Source: Geopsychrobacteraceae bacterium
GTDB lineage: Bacteria; Desulfobacterota; Desulfuromonadia; Desulfuromonadales; Geopsychrobacteraceae
DNA length: 64,000 nucleotides
Direction: 5' to 3'
Assembly (NCBI GenBank): GCA_963662315.1
Contig: OY759353.1
Location: forward strand, 3,232,001-3,296,000
Shown piece after piece: positions 1 to 8,992 of this stretch. The translations under genes and the position numbers were made by a program. Below the pieces are notes generated by a model. That model was not told the origin of the DNA, did not search any database, and worked only from the letters and a program-made list of their open reading frames with translations. How positions within the stretch are numbered: the first letter of the stretch is position 1; each line of letters starts with the position of its first letter.

Positions 1-2
1 TT

Positions 3-1124
3 ATGCCTGCGGCTATGCTGTTGTCAGGGCCACGTAAACAGGGTGCTGCGCTGGCGACCATCATTTTTTCCTCCGGCAGTACCGGCGAGCCGAAAGGGGT
101 ACAGCTCAGTCAGCATAATATCATCTCCAACCTGGAGGCGATTCGTAGCGTTGCCGCTATTGGACCGGATGACAATGTTTGCAGTGCCCTGCCTTTTTTT
201 CATGCCCTTGGCTACACGGCGACCTTGTGGTTACCTTTGTTGAGCGGTTTTTCAGCCTGTTATCATGTTAACCCCATGGAGGCCGCTGCCATTACCAAGT
301 TGGTGCGGCAGCATAAATCGACATTGTTACTGACCACGCCGACCTTTCTGTCGACCTATATGCGTAAGGCCAAGCCTGAAGATTTTGCTTCCTTGCGATT
401 GGTAGTGACGGGAGCAGAAAAGCTCAAAGATCAGCTTGCTGATAACTTTAATGACAAGTATGGCATTCGCCCTCTTGAAGGTTACGGTGCTACCGAGCTG
501 GCCCCCCTGATTACCTTGAGTCTGCCGAATGTCAATCGCAATGGTGTTAAGCAGGCCGGTCATAAGCGGGGCAGTGTCGGGCGTCCGATCCCGGGAGTTG
601 TGGTCCGGGTTGTTGATCCTGAGACCGATGAGCCGGTGCCCCAGGGAACTGCTGGTCTCATCCTGGTCAAGGGGCCGAACCTGATGACCGGTTATCTCAA
701 CCGTCCGGATAAGACCGCTGAGGCGATCCGTAATGGCTGGTATGTTACCGGTGATATCGGTCATGTTGATGCTGATGGGTTTCTGCATATCACCGATCGC
801 CTGGCACGTTTCAGCAAGGTTGGCGGAGAGATGGTTCCCCATATCAAGGTGGAAGAACTCTTTTACCGTGAGCTGGGTTTGGTCACAAACAGCCTGGCTG
901 TCACGTCCCTGCCTGACGATAAAAAGGGGGAACGGCTGGTGGTGCTTTATACCGCCGAAGCCGGTGAGCTGGAGGTGTTACAGCGAGTCAGTCGTGAGGC
1001 CGATGTGCCGAACCTGTGGCGGCCGCAGCAGGACAGCTTTGTCCGTGTCGACGCGTTGCCGTTACTGGGTACTGGCAAGCTTGACCTGCAGGGATTGCGG
1101 CGTCTGGCTGAAGCTTCTGCCTGA
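3..1124 (+). CDS. AMP-binding acyl-ACP synthetase domain (Aas-like), probably the 3' part of a longer gene truncated by the window edge
   Basis: Adenylate-forming motifs FSSGSTGEPKG, EGYGATE, GWYVTGDIG, RFSKVGGEMVPH and LGTGKLDL, typical of the Aas C-terminal domain. Confidence 0.85.
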   Translation: MPAAMLLSGPRKQGAALATIIFSSGSTGEPKGVQLSQHNIISNLEAIRSVAAIGPDDNVCSALPFFHALGYTATLWLPLLSGFSACYHVNPMEAAAITKLVRQHKSTLLLTTPTFLSTYMRKAKPEDFASLRLVVTGAEKLKDQLADNFNDKYGIRPLEGYGATELAPLITLSLPNVNRNGVKQAGHKRGSVGRPIPGVVVRVVDPETDEPVPQGTAGLILVKGPNLMTGYLNRPDKTAEAIRNGWYVTGDIGHVDADGFLHITDRLARFSKVGGEMVPHIKVEELFYRELGLVTNSLAVTSLPDDKKGERLVVLYTAEAGELEVLQRVSREADVPNLWRPQQDSFVRVDALPLLGTGKLDLQGLRRLAEASA

Positions 1125-2582
1125 TTATTGCTCCTGAATATACTTTTTCACCGTGCGCCGATCGAGGTTAGAGCGGCGCGCGACTTCTTCATAGGTTCCG
1201 AATTTGCGATACAGTTCCTGGCAGTAACGGGTCATCAGCTGCTGGGCATCGACATTCTCCAGCAGGTTTTTCAGGGGGGCTTCCGACTCCGGCGTCGCGC
1301 AGGGATCGCCCTGATAGCTGCCATTGAGAAGAATTCTCCTGATTGCCTGTTCCAGTTCCCTGACATTGCCGGGCCAGTGGTATTCCGCTGGCAGATGGGT
1401 CTCAAGTGCTGTGCGGATCAAGTGACCTGTCTGGTGATCTGCTGAGCCGAGGATCCTGGGGAGCAGGTGTGCCAACAGATGATGGAGGGTCTTGCGGTCC
1501 TCCTTAAGCTGCTGGCGTAGTGATGGGACTTCGATAACATCAGAGCAGAGGCGATAGTAAAAATCATCACGGAAATTACCGGCCTGGCGCAGTTCGGCCA
1601 GGGGGCGGTTGGTGGCGGCAACGATACGGCCGCGGAACTGCCTGGTTTCGTGACTGCCAACCGGTGAAAAAGTCCGCTCCTGAAGAACCTTGAGGAGTTT
1701 GATCTGGACCGGGACCGAAACATCGCCAATTTCATCGAGAAAAATCGTTCCGTAAGGGACGCAACGGGAGAAAATCCCCATGTGGTTATCAATGGCGCCG
1801 GTGAAGGCGCCTTTTTTGTGCCCGAACAACTCAGACTCAATCAGTGCTTCTGGGTATTGGGACAGATTGATGGAAATGAAATTACGGGTGAAGCTTTCGC
1901 TAAAGCGCCCGGTTTTTTCATTGAAGGGAATAAATCCCGACCGGCCAATGGCTGCCGCTGCAGCTCCTTTGCCGGTTCCGGTTTCGCCAAGCAGCAGGGT
2001 GGAAAAATCTTCCATGTGATCCCAGAGCTGCTGCTCGTAACGGCGACAGTCAAAGGTAAAGACATTATTCCATAAAGCGCAGCGCAATCGGCGTAGCGCG
2101 GGACTCTCCCCAACCAGTTTGCCGATGAAGAAGAAGGCTCGACGCAGCTGGTAGAAAAAGGCCAGGTAGTGGCGTGCTTCCTGAGCTTTAAATCCATAGG
2201 TGCGTAAATTTTCTAAAAGTTCCCCGGAAAATGGCACCGGGCAGGGCTCGTCTCCCTGTCTGATCTGTTGTTGAATAAGCTCGTCAAATGCGTCCATGTA
2301 GTAATGAAACTGGGAAAACAGCAGGGCCAGTTTCAGGCTTTCGCGGTCTCGGTCGGCAAATAATGCCAGGTTTGCCTGGCCTCGGCGTTCCAAGGCACTG
2401 ATCTGCTCAGTTACAGATCGTATGGCGGATTTGAGGAGGTCCGGGCCGGGACTTTTGGTCAGGCCCGCCAGTTGTTGATCCAGAATCGCGCGCTGGGCGC
2501 TGAACGGATTGCAAAAGGCTGTTTCGCTGACCAGGGTAAAATAATTCTGCTCTTGGGATGAGAGTCGTTGGTAAGTTGTCAT
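1125..2582 (-). CDS. Sigma-54-dependent transcriptional activator (bEBP) with an unrecognised N-terminal domain
   Basis: Walker A GETGTGKG, ESELFGHKKGAFTGA, FLDEIG, WPGNVRELEQ and C-terminal HTH; no receiver domain. Confidence 0.9.
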   Translation of the reverse strand: MTTYQRLSSQEQNYFTLVSETAFCNPFSAQRAILDQQLAGLTKSPGPDLLKSAIRSVTEQISALERRGQANLALFADRDRESLKLALLFSQFHYYMDAFDELIQQQIRQGDEPCPVPFSGELLENLRTYGFKAQEARHYLAFFYQLRRAFFFIGKLVGESPALRRLRCALWNNVFTFDCRRYEQQLWDHMEDFSTLLLGETGTGKGAAAAAIGRSGFIPFNEKTGRFSESFTRNFISINLSQYPEALIESELFGHKKGAFTGAIDNHMGIFSRCVPYGTIFLDEIGDVSVPVQIKLLKVLQERTFSPVGSHETRQFRGRIVAATNRPLAELRQAGNFRDDFYYRLCSDVIEVPSLRQQLKEDRKTLHHLLAHLLPRILGSADHQTGHLIRTALETHLPAEYHWPGNVRELEQAIRRILLNGSYQGDPCATPESEAPLKNLLENVDAQQLMTRYCQELYRKFGTYEEVARRSNLDRRTVKKYIQEQ

Positions 2583-2606
2583 GCATAATGTGTATATCAG
2601 CTATGC

Positions 2607-2636
2607 ATTTTATGCTACTGGAAATTTGCATAAAAT
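2607..2636. promoter_or_regulatory. Inverted repeat, candidate bEBP upstream activating sequence
   Basis: ATTTTATGC-N12-GCATAAAAT about 70-100 bp upstream of the sigma-54 site at 2704. Confidence 0.4.
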
Positions 2637-2703
2637 ATGGACTGAGGTGTCTTTAATTGTGAAACCTGTTGGAAATTCATACTGTTATGATATCTCTGAA
2701 AGG

Positions 2704-2719
2704 TGGCATGCCTCCTGCG
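2704..2719 (+). promoter_or_regulatory. Sigma-54 -24/-12 promoter for the pspA-like operon
   Basis: TGGCATGCCTCCTGCG = GG-N10-GC; followed by RBS AGGAGG and ATG 2753; divergent bEBP gene adjacent. Confidence 0.75.
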
Positions 2720-2752
2720 TTGAATGAAAGGAAACATACACAGGAGGAAAAT

Positions 2753-3400
2753 ATGAAAACCATTAAGCGTTGGACAACAGGAATTTTTTCGCGGGTGGAC
2801 TGGGCTGTCAATCAAATTGAAAACCAGGAGGCTTTGATTAATGGTGTTTTGAAGGAATCACGTGAGGCCGTAGCGAAAGCCAAAGTCCACATGGCGCGTG
2901 TACAGCAGGATGGGGCACGGCTGCAACAGGCGCTACTGGTCGAAGAGGAGAATATTTTACGCTGGCGATCCCGGGCAACGCAGAGTGCCAAAACTGACGA
3001 GCAGCGTGCTCTGGAATGTTTGAAGCGCAGTAAGCTGGCCGTGGCTCAACGTGATCGTTTGGCTTTGCGGGTTAAGGAGCATCGCCAGATTGAGGAACGC
3101 CTTGGTAAGGATGTTGCGACCCTGGAAGGGCGTTTGACCGAGTGTCTCGAAAAGCGCAATCTGCTGCGGGTGCGTCAGTCGCGGGCGGAAGCGCTGACCA
3201 GTATTCAGACCTGTCATGCGGAGGCAGGTTCGGATGTTGATGATATTTTTGATCGTTGGGAAATACGTCTTACTGAAAAAGAGCTTGCGACAGAAGCGGT
3301 TGGCTCTGTGGACTCCTTTGAGGAGTCCTTTGTGGTGGCAGAAAGTGATGCTGAGCTGCGTAGCGAGCTGCAGCAGTTACTTGAAAGTCAGAACGCCTAA
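2753..3400 (+). CDS. PspA/IM30 family coiled-coil protein
   Basis: About 215-aa all-helical protein with PspA-like pattern (GIFSRVD..IENQEAL, DEQRALECL, KRNLLRVRQSRAEA, FDRWE); start placed at ATG 2753 after AGGAGG. Confidence 0.8.
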   Translation: MKTIKRWTTGIFSRVDWAVNQIENQEALINGVLKESREAVAKAKVHMARVQQDGARLQQALLVEEENILRWRSRATQSAKTDEQRALECLKRSKLAVAQRDRLALRVKEHRQIEERLGKDVATLEGRLTECLEKRNLLRVRQSRAEALTSIQTCHAEAGSDVDDIFDRWEIRLTEKELATEAVGSVDSFEESFVVAESDAELRSELQQLLESQNA

Positions 3401-3418
3401 CCGGTCAGGGAGTCAGTT

Positions 3419-4783
3419 ATGATGAAAGTTCGCGAGGCTGAATTTCAATTCGAGGTCGAGTTTTCTGAAGACGGTAATTGCCAGGGGGCTGGGCCAAAAA
3501 GAAGATTATTTGCGGGGCAGACGGTTTCACGTTTGTTGCGTGGCGTCGGGGCCTTGATTATTGTGGTGTCGGCAGCCTCTTTTCTGTTTAAGCACTGGAC
3601 ACCGGGAAGTGATTTGCAACGATACCTGTTTCTACTTGGATTTACGGTGATCTTATCAGTGGGGGGACTGTTTTGCGGTCTGACTCTGAAGGAAAGCAAG
3701 GGGGCCCGCACTCTGCTGGGTTTGACCCTCGCCGTGACACCGATCAACTTTGCCGTTATGGCGGCGTTTCTTTATTCGCAGTTTTCCTGGGACGGTCCTT
3801 TCTCCCGCTTACCCGATTATGCAACCTGGGTCGCTAACAGTCCGCTTATGGCGGTGGTGGCAACCGTTTGTGGGGTCGCGCTTCTGGTTCCTCTGGGACA
3901 TTTCTCTTTTATGGCTTTGGGGCGCAAATATGCCCGGTTGTTGTCGATAACATTTCTGCTTGGTAATGGGACGTTATTGTTGCCCACTCGTCAACCTGGA
4001 GTCATTGCGGCTGTTTTCTTGATATTGGTTATATGGCTGGTTAGCGCAGAAATGCGCTGGTTCGGGAAAGGGATGACTTTGCGCACGGCTGACGGAGCGC
4101 TTGCCAGAGGCATACTGTGGATTCCGGCACTTATCGTGGTTGGAAGGAGTTGTTACTTCTATGCGCCGAGTCAGCTGTTTGGTTCTGTTGTTCTGGTGGG
4201 GGGTGGCCTACTGAGCTTTTTGCTGCTTCCTCAATTCACCATGCGTGAGAAGTGGCAGAAGGCATGTCAGGGTTGTGGCGCTGTGCTGGCCGGGCTGGCC
4301 TGGATCAATGCGGCCGAGGTTGGCTTGCATGGTTCATTGATCGGTTATCGCTACGAGATTTTGGCTATGTTTCTGCCGTTAGCTGGCGTGTTATGGTTCT
4401 TGGGTAAATATGCGATTGGCAGTGGCGATGGTTATCGACGCCTGGCAGCCCTTATTGCTGTGGCTGCTGGTGTCATTAATCTGGTTGCTTATCCTGGTTT
4501 CACCATGGCTGTGCTGTGCCTGTTGCTTGCCGTTGGTGTTGTGGTGGCTGGCTATCTGCTCGAACAGAAAGTTGTGTTTGGCGGTGGTGTTCTGGGTTGC
4601 CTGGTGGCTATCGCTTACCAGTTCAAGATGTTATTCAGCCACTTCTCCTTGGGAGGCTGGAGTAGTCTGATGGTTGTGGGAGTCCTGATTATTGTGTCGG
4701 CGTCGGTCATGGAGCGACATGGCAGGGTGATGAAGGAGACATTGATGCGGGGACACAAAGAATTCAAGCGTTGGGGGCATTGA
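3419..4783 (+). CDS. Uncharacterised polytopic membrane protein (roughly 13-14 TM segments)
   Basis: 454-aa ORF, strongly hydrophobic throughout, GGAG RBS, 18 bp after the pspA-like gene. Confidence 0.75.
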   Translation: MMKVREAEFQFEVEFSEDGNCQGAGPKRRLFAGQTVSRLLRGVGALIIVVSAASFLFKHWTPGSDLQRYLFLLGFTVILSVGGLFCGLTLKESKGARTLLGLTLAVTPINFAVMAAFLYSQFSWDGPFSRLPDYATWVANSPLMAVVATVCGVALLVPLGHFSFMALGRKYARLLSITFLLGNGTLLLPTRQPGVIAAVFLILVIWLVSAEMRWFGKGMTLRTADGALARGILWIPALIVVGRSCYFYAPSQLFGSVVLVGGGLLSFLLLPQFTMREKWQKACQGCGAVLAGLAWINAAEVGLHGSLIGYRYEILAMFLPLAGVLWFLGKYAIGSGDGYRRLAALIAVAAGVINLVAYPGFTMAVLCLLLAVGVVVAGYLLEQKVVFGGGVLGCLVAIAYQFKMLFSHFSLGGWSSLMVVGVLIIVSASVMERHGRVMKETLMRGHKEFKRWGH

Positions 4784-4880
4784 TTTCTAACTCGGTTTGG
4801 TCGACAGGGAACCTGGCAGGCACAACCACTTGGTGGTGATTGTGCCTGCTCTTTAAGAGGTTACTTTATGGGGTTGGCTG

Positions 4881-5450
4881 TTAAGCGGGAGTCAGGTCAG
4901 CCTGCCAGTAAATATCGGCTTTGCCATGGTCATTGCACAACCGGGCCCAGACAAAGCAAAGATCGGACAGGCGGTTAATAAATTTTAGGCAGAGGGGATT
5001 GATCTCTTCTTCTGCTGCAAGGATAACCATCTCCCGCTCGCAACGTCTGGTCACTGTACGGGCCAGGTGCAGGTTGGCTGCTGCCCGTGATCCCCCGGGC
5101 AGGATGAAGTTAGAGGCCGGCGTCAGTTTGTCTCGGGCTTGTTCCAGCCAGGTTTCGATACGGTCGATCTGCTGCTGCTTCATATGCGGGACCTGCGCGT
5201 AGCTGTCGCTGTCCATGGGGGTGGCGAGTTCGCTACCCAGATTAAAGAGCTCGTTTTGCAGTTGCAGGAGATTTGTCGCTATTTCTTCTGGCAATGGTTC
5301 ACAACGAACGATTCCAAGGATTGAGTTGAGTTCATCAACGGAGCCATAGGTGTTGACACGTTGCGAGCCTTTAGAAACCCGGGCGCCATTGACCAGGCTG
5401 GTTTGACCCTGATCGCCACCACGAGTCATGATTTTATCAAGCTTAGGCAT
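4881..5450 (-). CDS. ATP:cob(I)alamin adenosyltransferase, PduO/MMAB type
   Basis: TRGGDQGQTSL, YGSVDELNS, FILPGG, ARTVTRRCER and FINRLSD motifs. Confidence 0.9.
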   Translation of the reverse strand: MPKLDKIMTRGGDQGQTSLVNGARVSKGSQRVNTYGSVDELNSILGIVRCEPLPEEIATNLLQLQNELFNLGSELATPMDSDSYAQVPHMKQQQIDRIETWLEQARDKLTPASNFILPGGSRAAANLHLARTVTRRCEREMVILAAEEEINPLCLKFINRLSDLCFVWARLCNDHGKADIYWQADLTPA

Positions 5451-5552
5451 GTTACCCTCCCTGTTCGATGTTGATTAGGCCTGGATGTAATCCTGACTCA
5501 AAAGGTAGGTTAAAGTCTAGGTTTTGCAACCAGAAAATTAACCTGCCGCTGA

Positions 5553-5735
5553 TTTGCAGAAATGCAAAAATACGATTAAAGACTATTTTTTATGAAAAAC
5601 AGCGTTATTTTAACCGTGCGTACATTGTTATTGTTGTAAATATGATAAGTGAAAATAGGTACTTGCGAAAATAACACTTTTCTAAAAAAATAACATACAG
5701 AAAGCTGAATAGCTAATATTTTGCATTTTTGCAAA
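5553..5735. promoter_or_regulatory. Two palindromic TTTGCA-N4-TGCAAA sites (5553-5568, 5720-5735), candidate activator binding sites
   Basis: TTTGCAGAAATGCAAA and TTTGCATTTTTGCAAA in an AT-rich intergenic region upstream of the sigma-54 site at 5825. Confidence 0.45.
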
Positions 5736-5824
5736 AAATACCCTTTCTAAAGGTACTTTTCTAAACGCCTGAAAAATCAACCTATACCCCTGTAATTTCA
5801 ACAGTTAATTCGATTTCTGAAAAT

Positions 5825-5839
5825 TGGTATGCGCTTTGC
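5825..5839 (+). promoter_or_regulatory. Sigma-54 -24/-12 promoter for the OFA/SatP transporter genes
   Basis: TGGTATGCGCTTTGC = GG-N10-GC with TTGC at -12; RBS GAGGAGG at about 5872. Confidence 0.75.
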
Positions 5840-5883
5840 CTCTGTTGCATTGAGTCTGTTTGCAACGCAATGAGGAGGTCGGT

Positions 5884-7533
5884 ATGGCGATATGCCCTTA
5901 TTTTGATCATGAAAAAACCTACTGTGATATCGGCGAGGACTATATCTCCCCCTACGATGTCGTTGCCATGTCGCATTATTGTTCCGGGCGCTATCGCGAA
6001 TGTGAACGCTATGACCATCTGAGTTTCCGTCATCCGCAAGTTGTTTATCGGGACGACATAAAAATTCAGACTGTGAGTGAAAGTCAGATCGAATCGAAGC
6101 CTAAACATCAGCCTGTGGCCATGAAATTCAGCAGTAAATGGCCGTTGGCCTATCGCTTGAAATATGCAACGGCTTACAGCCCATTGACGATTCAACAGAG
6201 AGAGGAGACATCTGTCATGCAATCTACTGAAATTAAAAATCGGGGCGTTCAGGTCCTGCTTGCTGGACTGGGGATCAACCTGGCTCTGGGTATTCTTTAT
6301 ACCTGGAGTATCTTTAAAGGAGCTATTGCCGATTCAATTGCCGCAGGTGGACCGGGCAGCTTTACCTGGGATGCCGCCAGTGTCAATGATCCCTATGCGG
6401 TTGCCTGCCTGGCCTTTGCTGCCGCGATGATTTTGGCGGGGAAATGTCAGGACAAGTTTGGTCCCAGGGTTACCTGTATTATTGGTGGCTTACTGGTGGG
6501 GTTGGGATTTGTCTGGATTTCGCAGACGACAAATTACTGGGCCTGGGTCGTTGGTTTTGGTGTTTTTGCCGGTGGCGGAATCGGATTTGGCTATTCCGCT
6601 GCAACACCACCAGCACTCAAATGGTTTTCTCCGACTAAAACTGGGCTGATTGCCGGAATTGTCGTATCCGGTTTTGGTTTGGCATCGGTTTATATTGCAC
6701 CGCTGGCAAAATATCTGCTGACTGAATATGGTTTGCAGCAGGCTATGTTGTTCTTCGGTATTGCCTTTGCTGTAGTGGTTTGTAGTCTGGCACTGCTCAT
6801 CAGTAATCCTCCACAAGGATTTGTTGCCGGTGGTCAGGCAAGTAATATGGCGGCAAAGAAATCCGCCACAGAGGTTGAGCTCACACCAATGCAGTTATTT
6901 AGAAATGGTCGTTTTTATACCCTGTGGCTCTGTTACTTTATTGGGGCCGGTGCCGGACTGATGGTTATTGGCAGTGCCAAAGGGTTAGCCAAAGCATCCA
7001 TGGGGGAAATGGCATTTCTGGTGGTTGTCATTATGTCCGTTGGTAATGCCGCCGGCCGCCTGGTAGCTGGGGTTGTCTCTGACAAAATTGGCCGGGCAAC
7101 AACCTTATGCATGGTGCTGGTGGTTCAGGCTTTACTGATGTTTGCGGCCATCCCGGTGTTGGGAAGTAACCACAGTCACCCTGTGCTGGTCGCCCTGCTG
7201 GTAACGGCAATGGTCTTTAATTACGGTACGAATCTGTCGCTGTTCCCGTCTTTTGCCAAAGATAGCTGGGGGATGAAAAACTTTGGTATGAACTATGGAA
7301 TACTGTTTTCCGCCTGGGGCGTGGGGGCCTTTGTTCTGGTGCGGGTATCAGAAATGTTAAAGGTCAGATCCGGCAGTATGGATTCGTCATTTGTCGTTGC
7401 CGGGGTGCTGTTGTTGGTTGGTGCCATGATGGCCATGTCGTTACGGCCACAAAAAGCAACTGAAAGGGTTGCTGAGCCTGTCGAGGTCTTGGCTGACGAG
7501 GAAGATCTGGCCATGGAGCGTTTACAGGGTTAA
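5884..7533 (+). CDS. OFA-family (oxalate/formate antiporter-like) MFS transporter with a Cys-rich N-terminal extension; second in-frame start at 6217
   Basis: GINLALGILYTWS, QDKFGPR, GGGIGFGYSA, KWF..KTGLIAG and FGMNYGILFSAWG are OFA-type; RBS+ATG at both 5884 and 6217. Confidence 0.85.
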   Translation: MAICPYFDHEKTYCDIGEDYISPYDVVAMSHYCSGRYRECERYDHLSFRHPQVVYRDDIKIQTVSESQIESKPKHQPVAMKFSSKWPLAYRLKYATAYSPLTIQQREETSVMQSTEIKNRGVQVLLAGLGINLALGILYTWSIFKGAIADSIAAGGPGSFTWDAASVNDPYAVACLAFAAAMILAGKCQDKFGPRVTCIIGGLLVGLGFVWISQTTNYWAWVVGFGVFAGGGIGFGYSAATPPALKWFSPTKTGLIAGIVVSGFGLASVYIAPLAKYLLTEYGLQQAMLFFGIAFAVVVCSLALLISNPPQGFVAGGQASNMAAKKSATEVELTPMQLFRNGRFYTLWLCYFIGAGAGLMVIGSAKGLAKASMGEMAFLVVVIMSVGNAAGRLVAGVVSDKIGRATTLCMVLVVQALLMFAAIPVLGSNHSHPVLVALLVTAMVFNYGTNLSLFPSFAKDSWGMKNFGMNYGILFSAWGVGAFVLVRVSEMLKVRSGSMDSSFVVAGVLLLVGAMMAMSLRPQKATERVAEPVEVLADEEDLAMERLQG

Positions 7534-7544
7534 ATACCATTGGC

Positions 7545-7577
7545 ATGAATAGGGTTCACGCGATGAACCCTATTCAT
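7545..7577 (+). terminator. Intergenic hairpin (weak terminator or mRNA-stability element)
   Basis: ATGAATAGGGTTCA-cgcga-TGAACCCTATTCAT, perfect 14-bp stem with only a short T tail. Confidence 0.5.
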
Positions 7578-7595
7578 CTTTGAAGGAGAAGACCT

Positions 7596-8174
7596 ATGGC
7601 GATTTCTTTCGCATCAGATAGCCCTGAACGCTTCCCTTGCCTGGGGTTGCTGGCCCTGGCAGCGACTCTGGTTGTTTATGTTTTGAGTCAGATGGACGGT
7701 TGGCAGCCGCCGGTACTGCTTACCGCAGTCGCTTTGATCGTTGGTGGTTGTGTCCAGCTGCTGGTGGGGTTGCGCAGTCAGATGGTCGGTCGGGTACGCT
7801 CGGCTGTAACCTTGTTGCCTCTGGGGATTTTCTGGTTGTCGTTAATCAGTTATCAGGTGTTTCCACGTTTGGGTATAGGACAAACGCCTAACTCAATAAC
7901 AATGTTCTCGTTTCTCAGCTTGTGGGGCCTGTTTATGGCACTTCTCTTCCTTGGCAGTTTTCGACAAAGTCTGGCGGTGCAGGTCCTTTATGGCGCTATG
8001 ATGTTTTCCTTTTTAGCTCTGGCGATGGATAATCTGCGCGACGACCGGGTATTTCTGTTCGTTGGCTGCCTGACTGGGATGGTGGCTTCTGGTGTTGCGG
8101 TTTACATGTTTTTTGCCCAGCTGCTGCAGAGGTGTACGGGGCGTAATATCCTCCCCTTGGGAGAAGAGCGGTAG
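7596..8174 (+). CDS. GPR1/FUN34/YaaH (SatP-like) monocarboxylate/acetate channel, divergent
   Basis: 6-TM pattern with LGL, GG.VQLLVG, GIFWLS, FLSLWGLF and C-terminal GRNILPLG. Confidence 0.75.
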   Translation: MAISFASDSPERFPCLGLLALAATLVVYVLSQMDGWQPPVLLTAVALIVGGCVQLLVGLRSQMVGRVRSAVTLLPLGIFWLSLISYQVFPRLGIGQTPNSITMFSFLSLWGLFMALLFLGSFRQSLAVQVLYGAMMFSFLALAMDNLRDDRVFLFVGCLTGMVASGVAVYMFFAQLLQRCTGRNILPLGEER

Positions 8175-8255
8175 GTAAAAATATTATTGGACTTGAAATG
8201 AACATGAAATAGCATTAATTTTGAATACAAACACCATTTTATTGGCGGAGAGGTC

Positions 8256-8591
8256 ATGGATTTAGGTCGGCAGATGACACTTTTAGGGCTGATTGCTCTG
8301 GCCTATTATGCGGTATTGCTGGCGACGGGAGTCGTATCTTCCGATGTGATGCCGCAGTTTGCTGTGTCTGCCATCATTTTCCTTTCTTCTGGGCGCCTGA
8401 TGCGCAAAGCGTCATTGGTCAGAATCAAAAAGAAGGAAGATAAGCCTGATAAACCAAAACCGCGCAAGGAGCCGGATTGGGCGCTGTACACTCAGGTGCT
8501 GAACTGGGTCATGGCAATTGGTATTATCTCGGTGCTTGGTATTTGGGTTCTTAAGCCGGTGGGGGTGCCTTTCACAGCGCTAATGCCCTAG
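8256..8591 (+). CDS. Small hypothetical membrane protein
   Basis: GGAG RBS; about 3 hydrophobic segments and a Lys/Pro-rich loop. Confidence 0.65.
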   Translation: MDLGRQMTLLGLIALAYYAVLLATGVVSSDVMPQFAVSAIIFLSSGRLMRKASLVRIKKKEDKPDKPKPRKEPDWALYTQVLNWVMAIGIISVLGIWVLKPVGVPFTALMP

Positions 8592-8985
8592 TTTCTGCCC
8601 GGAAACCGCCCTTTTCCTCAATCTCTGCGTCAATCTGCGCATTCGTTTGTGCGGCGTAAAGTACTACGCCTCCGCACGAATCCTTGATTTCCTTGACCTT
8701 GAGAAAAATTGCTGGTTTCCGAATCAGAAACGATTCAGAGGAGCTTCTCTGATTCTGCCCGGAAACCGCCCTTTTCCTCAATCTCTGCGTCAATCTGCGC
8801 ATTCGTTTGTGCGGCGTAAAGTACTACGCCTCCGCACGAATCCTTGATTTCCTTGACCTTGAGAAAAATTGCTGGTTTCCGAATCAGAAACGATTCAGAG
8901 GAACTTCTCTGTTTCTGCCCTGAAAGCGCTCTTCCACCTTCTCTGCGTCAACCTGTGTATTCGCTTGAGCGGCTTAAAGCCTGGC
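8591..8985. repeat. Tandem array of a 160-bp hairpin repeat (2 near-identical copies plus a degenerate half copy)
   Basis: 8591-8750 and 8751-8910 differ at 2 positions; 8911-8985 is a degenerate partial copy; each unit is a long imperfect palindrome centred on GGCGTA-N6-TACGCC. Confidence 0.95.
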
Positions 8986-8992
8986 TTCTGAA

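Noticed and set aside
2669..2752. Longer N-termini given by the ORF track (2669, 5860, 48009, 46788, 57855)
   Set aside because: Downstream starts have clear SD sequences, and the extensions overlap predicted promoters, RBSs or neighbouring genes
8572..8847. ORFs 8572-8802 (-) and 8647-8847 (+), and likewise 38422-38616 (-)
   Set aside because: They are readings of the palindromic repeat, with no RBS or protein-like features
8591..8985. Tandem repeats as a CRISPR array
   Set aside because: Units are 160 bp, have no unique spacers, and no cas genes are in the window
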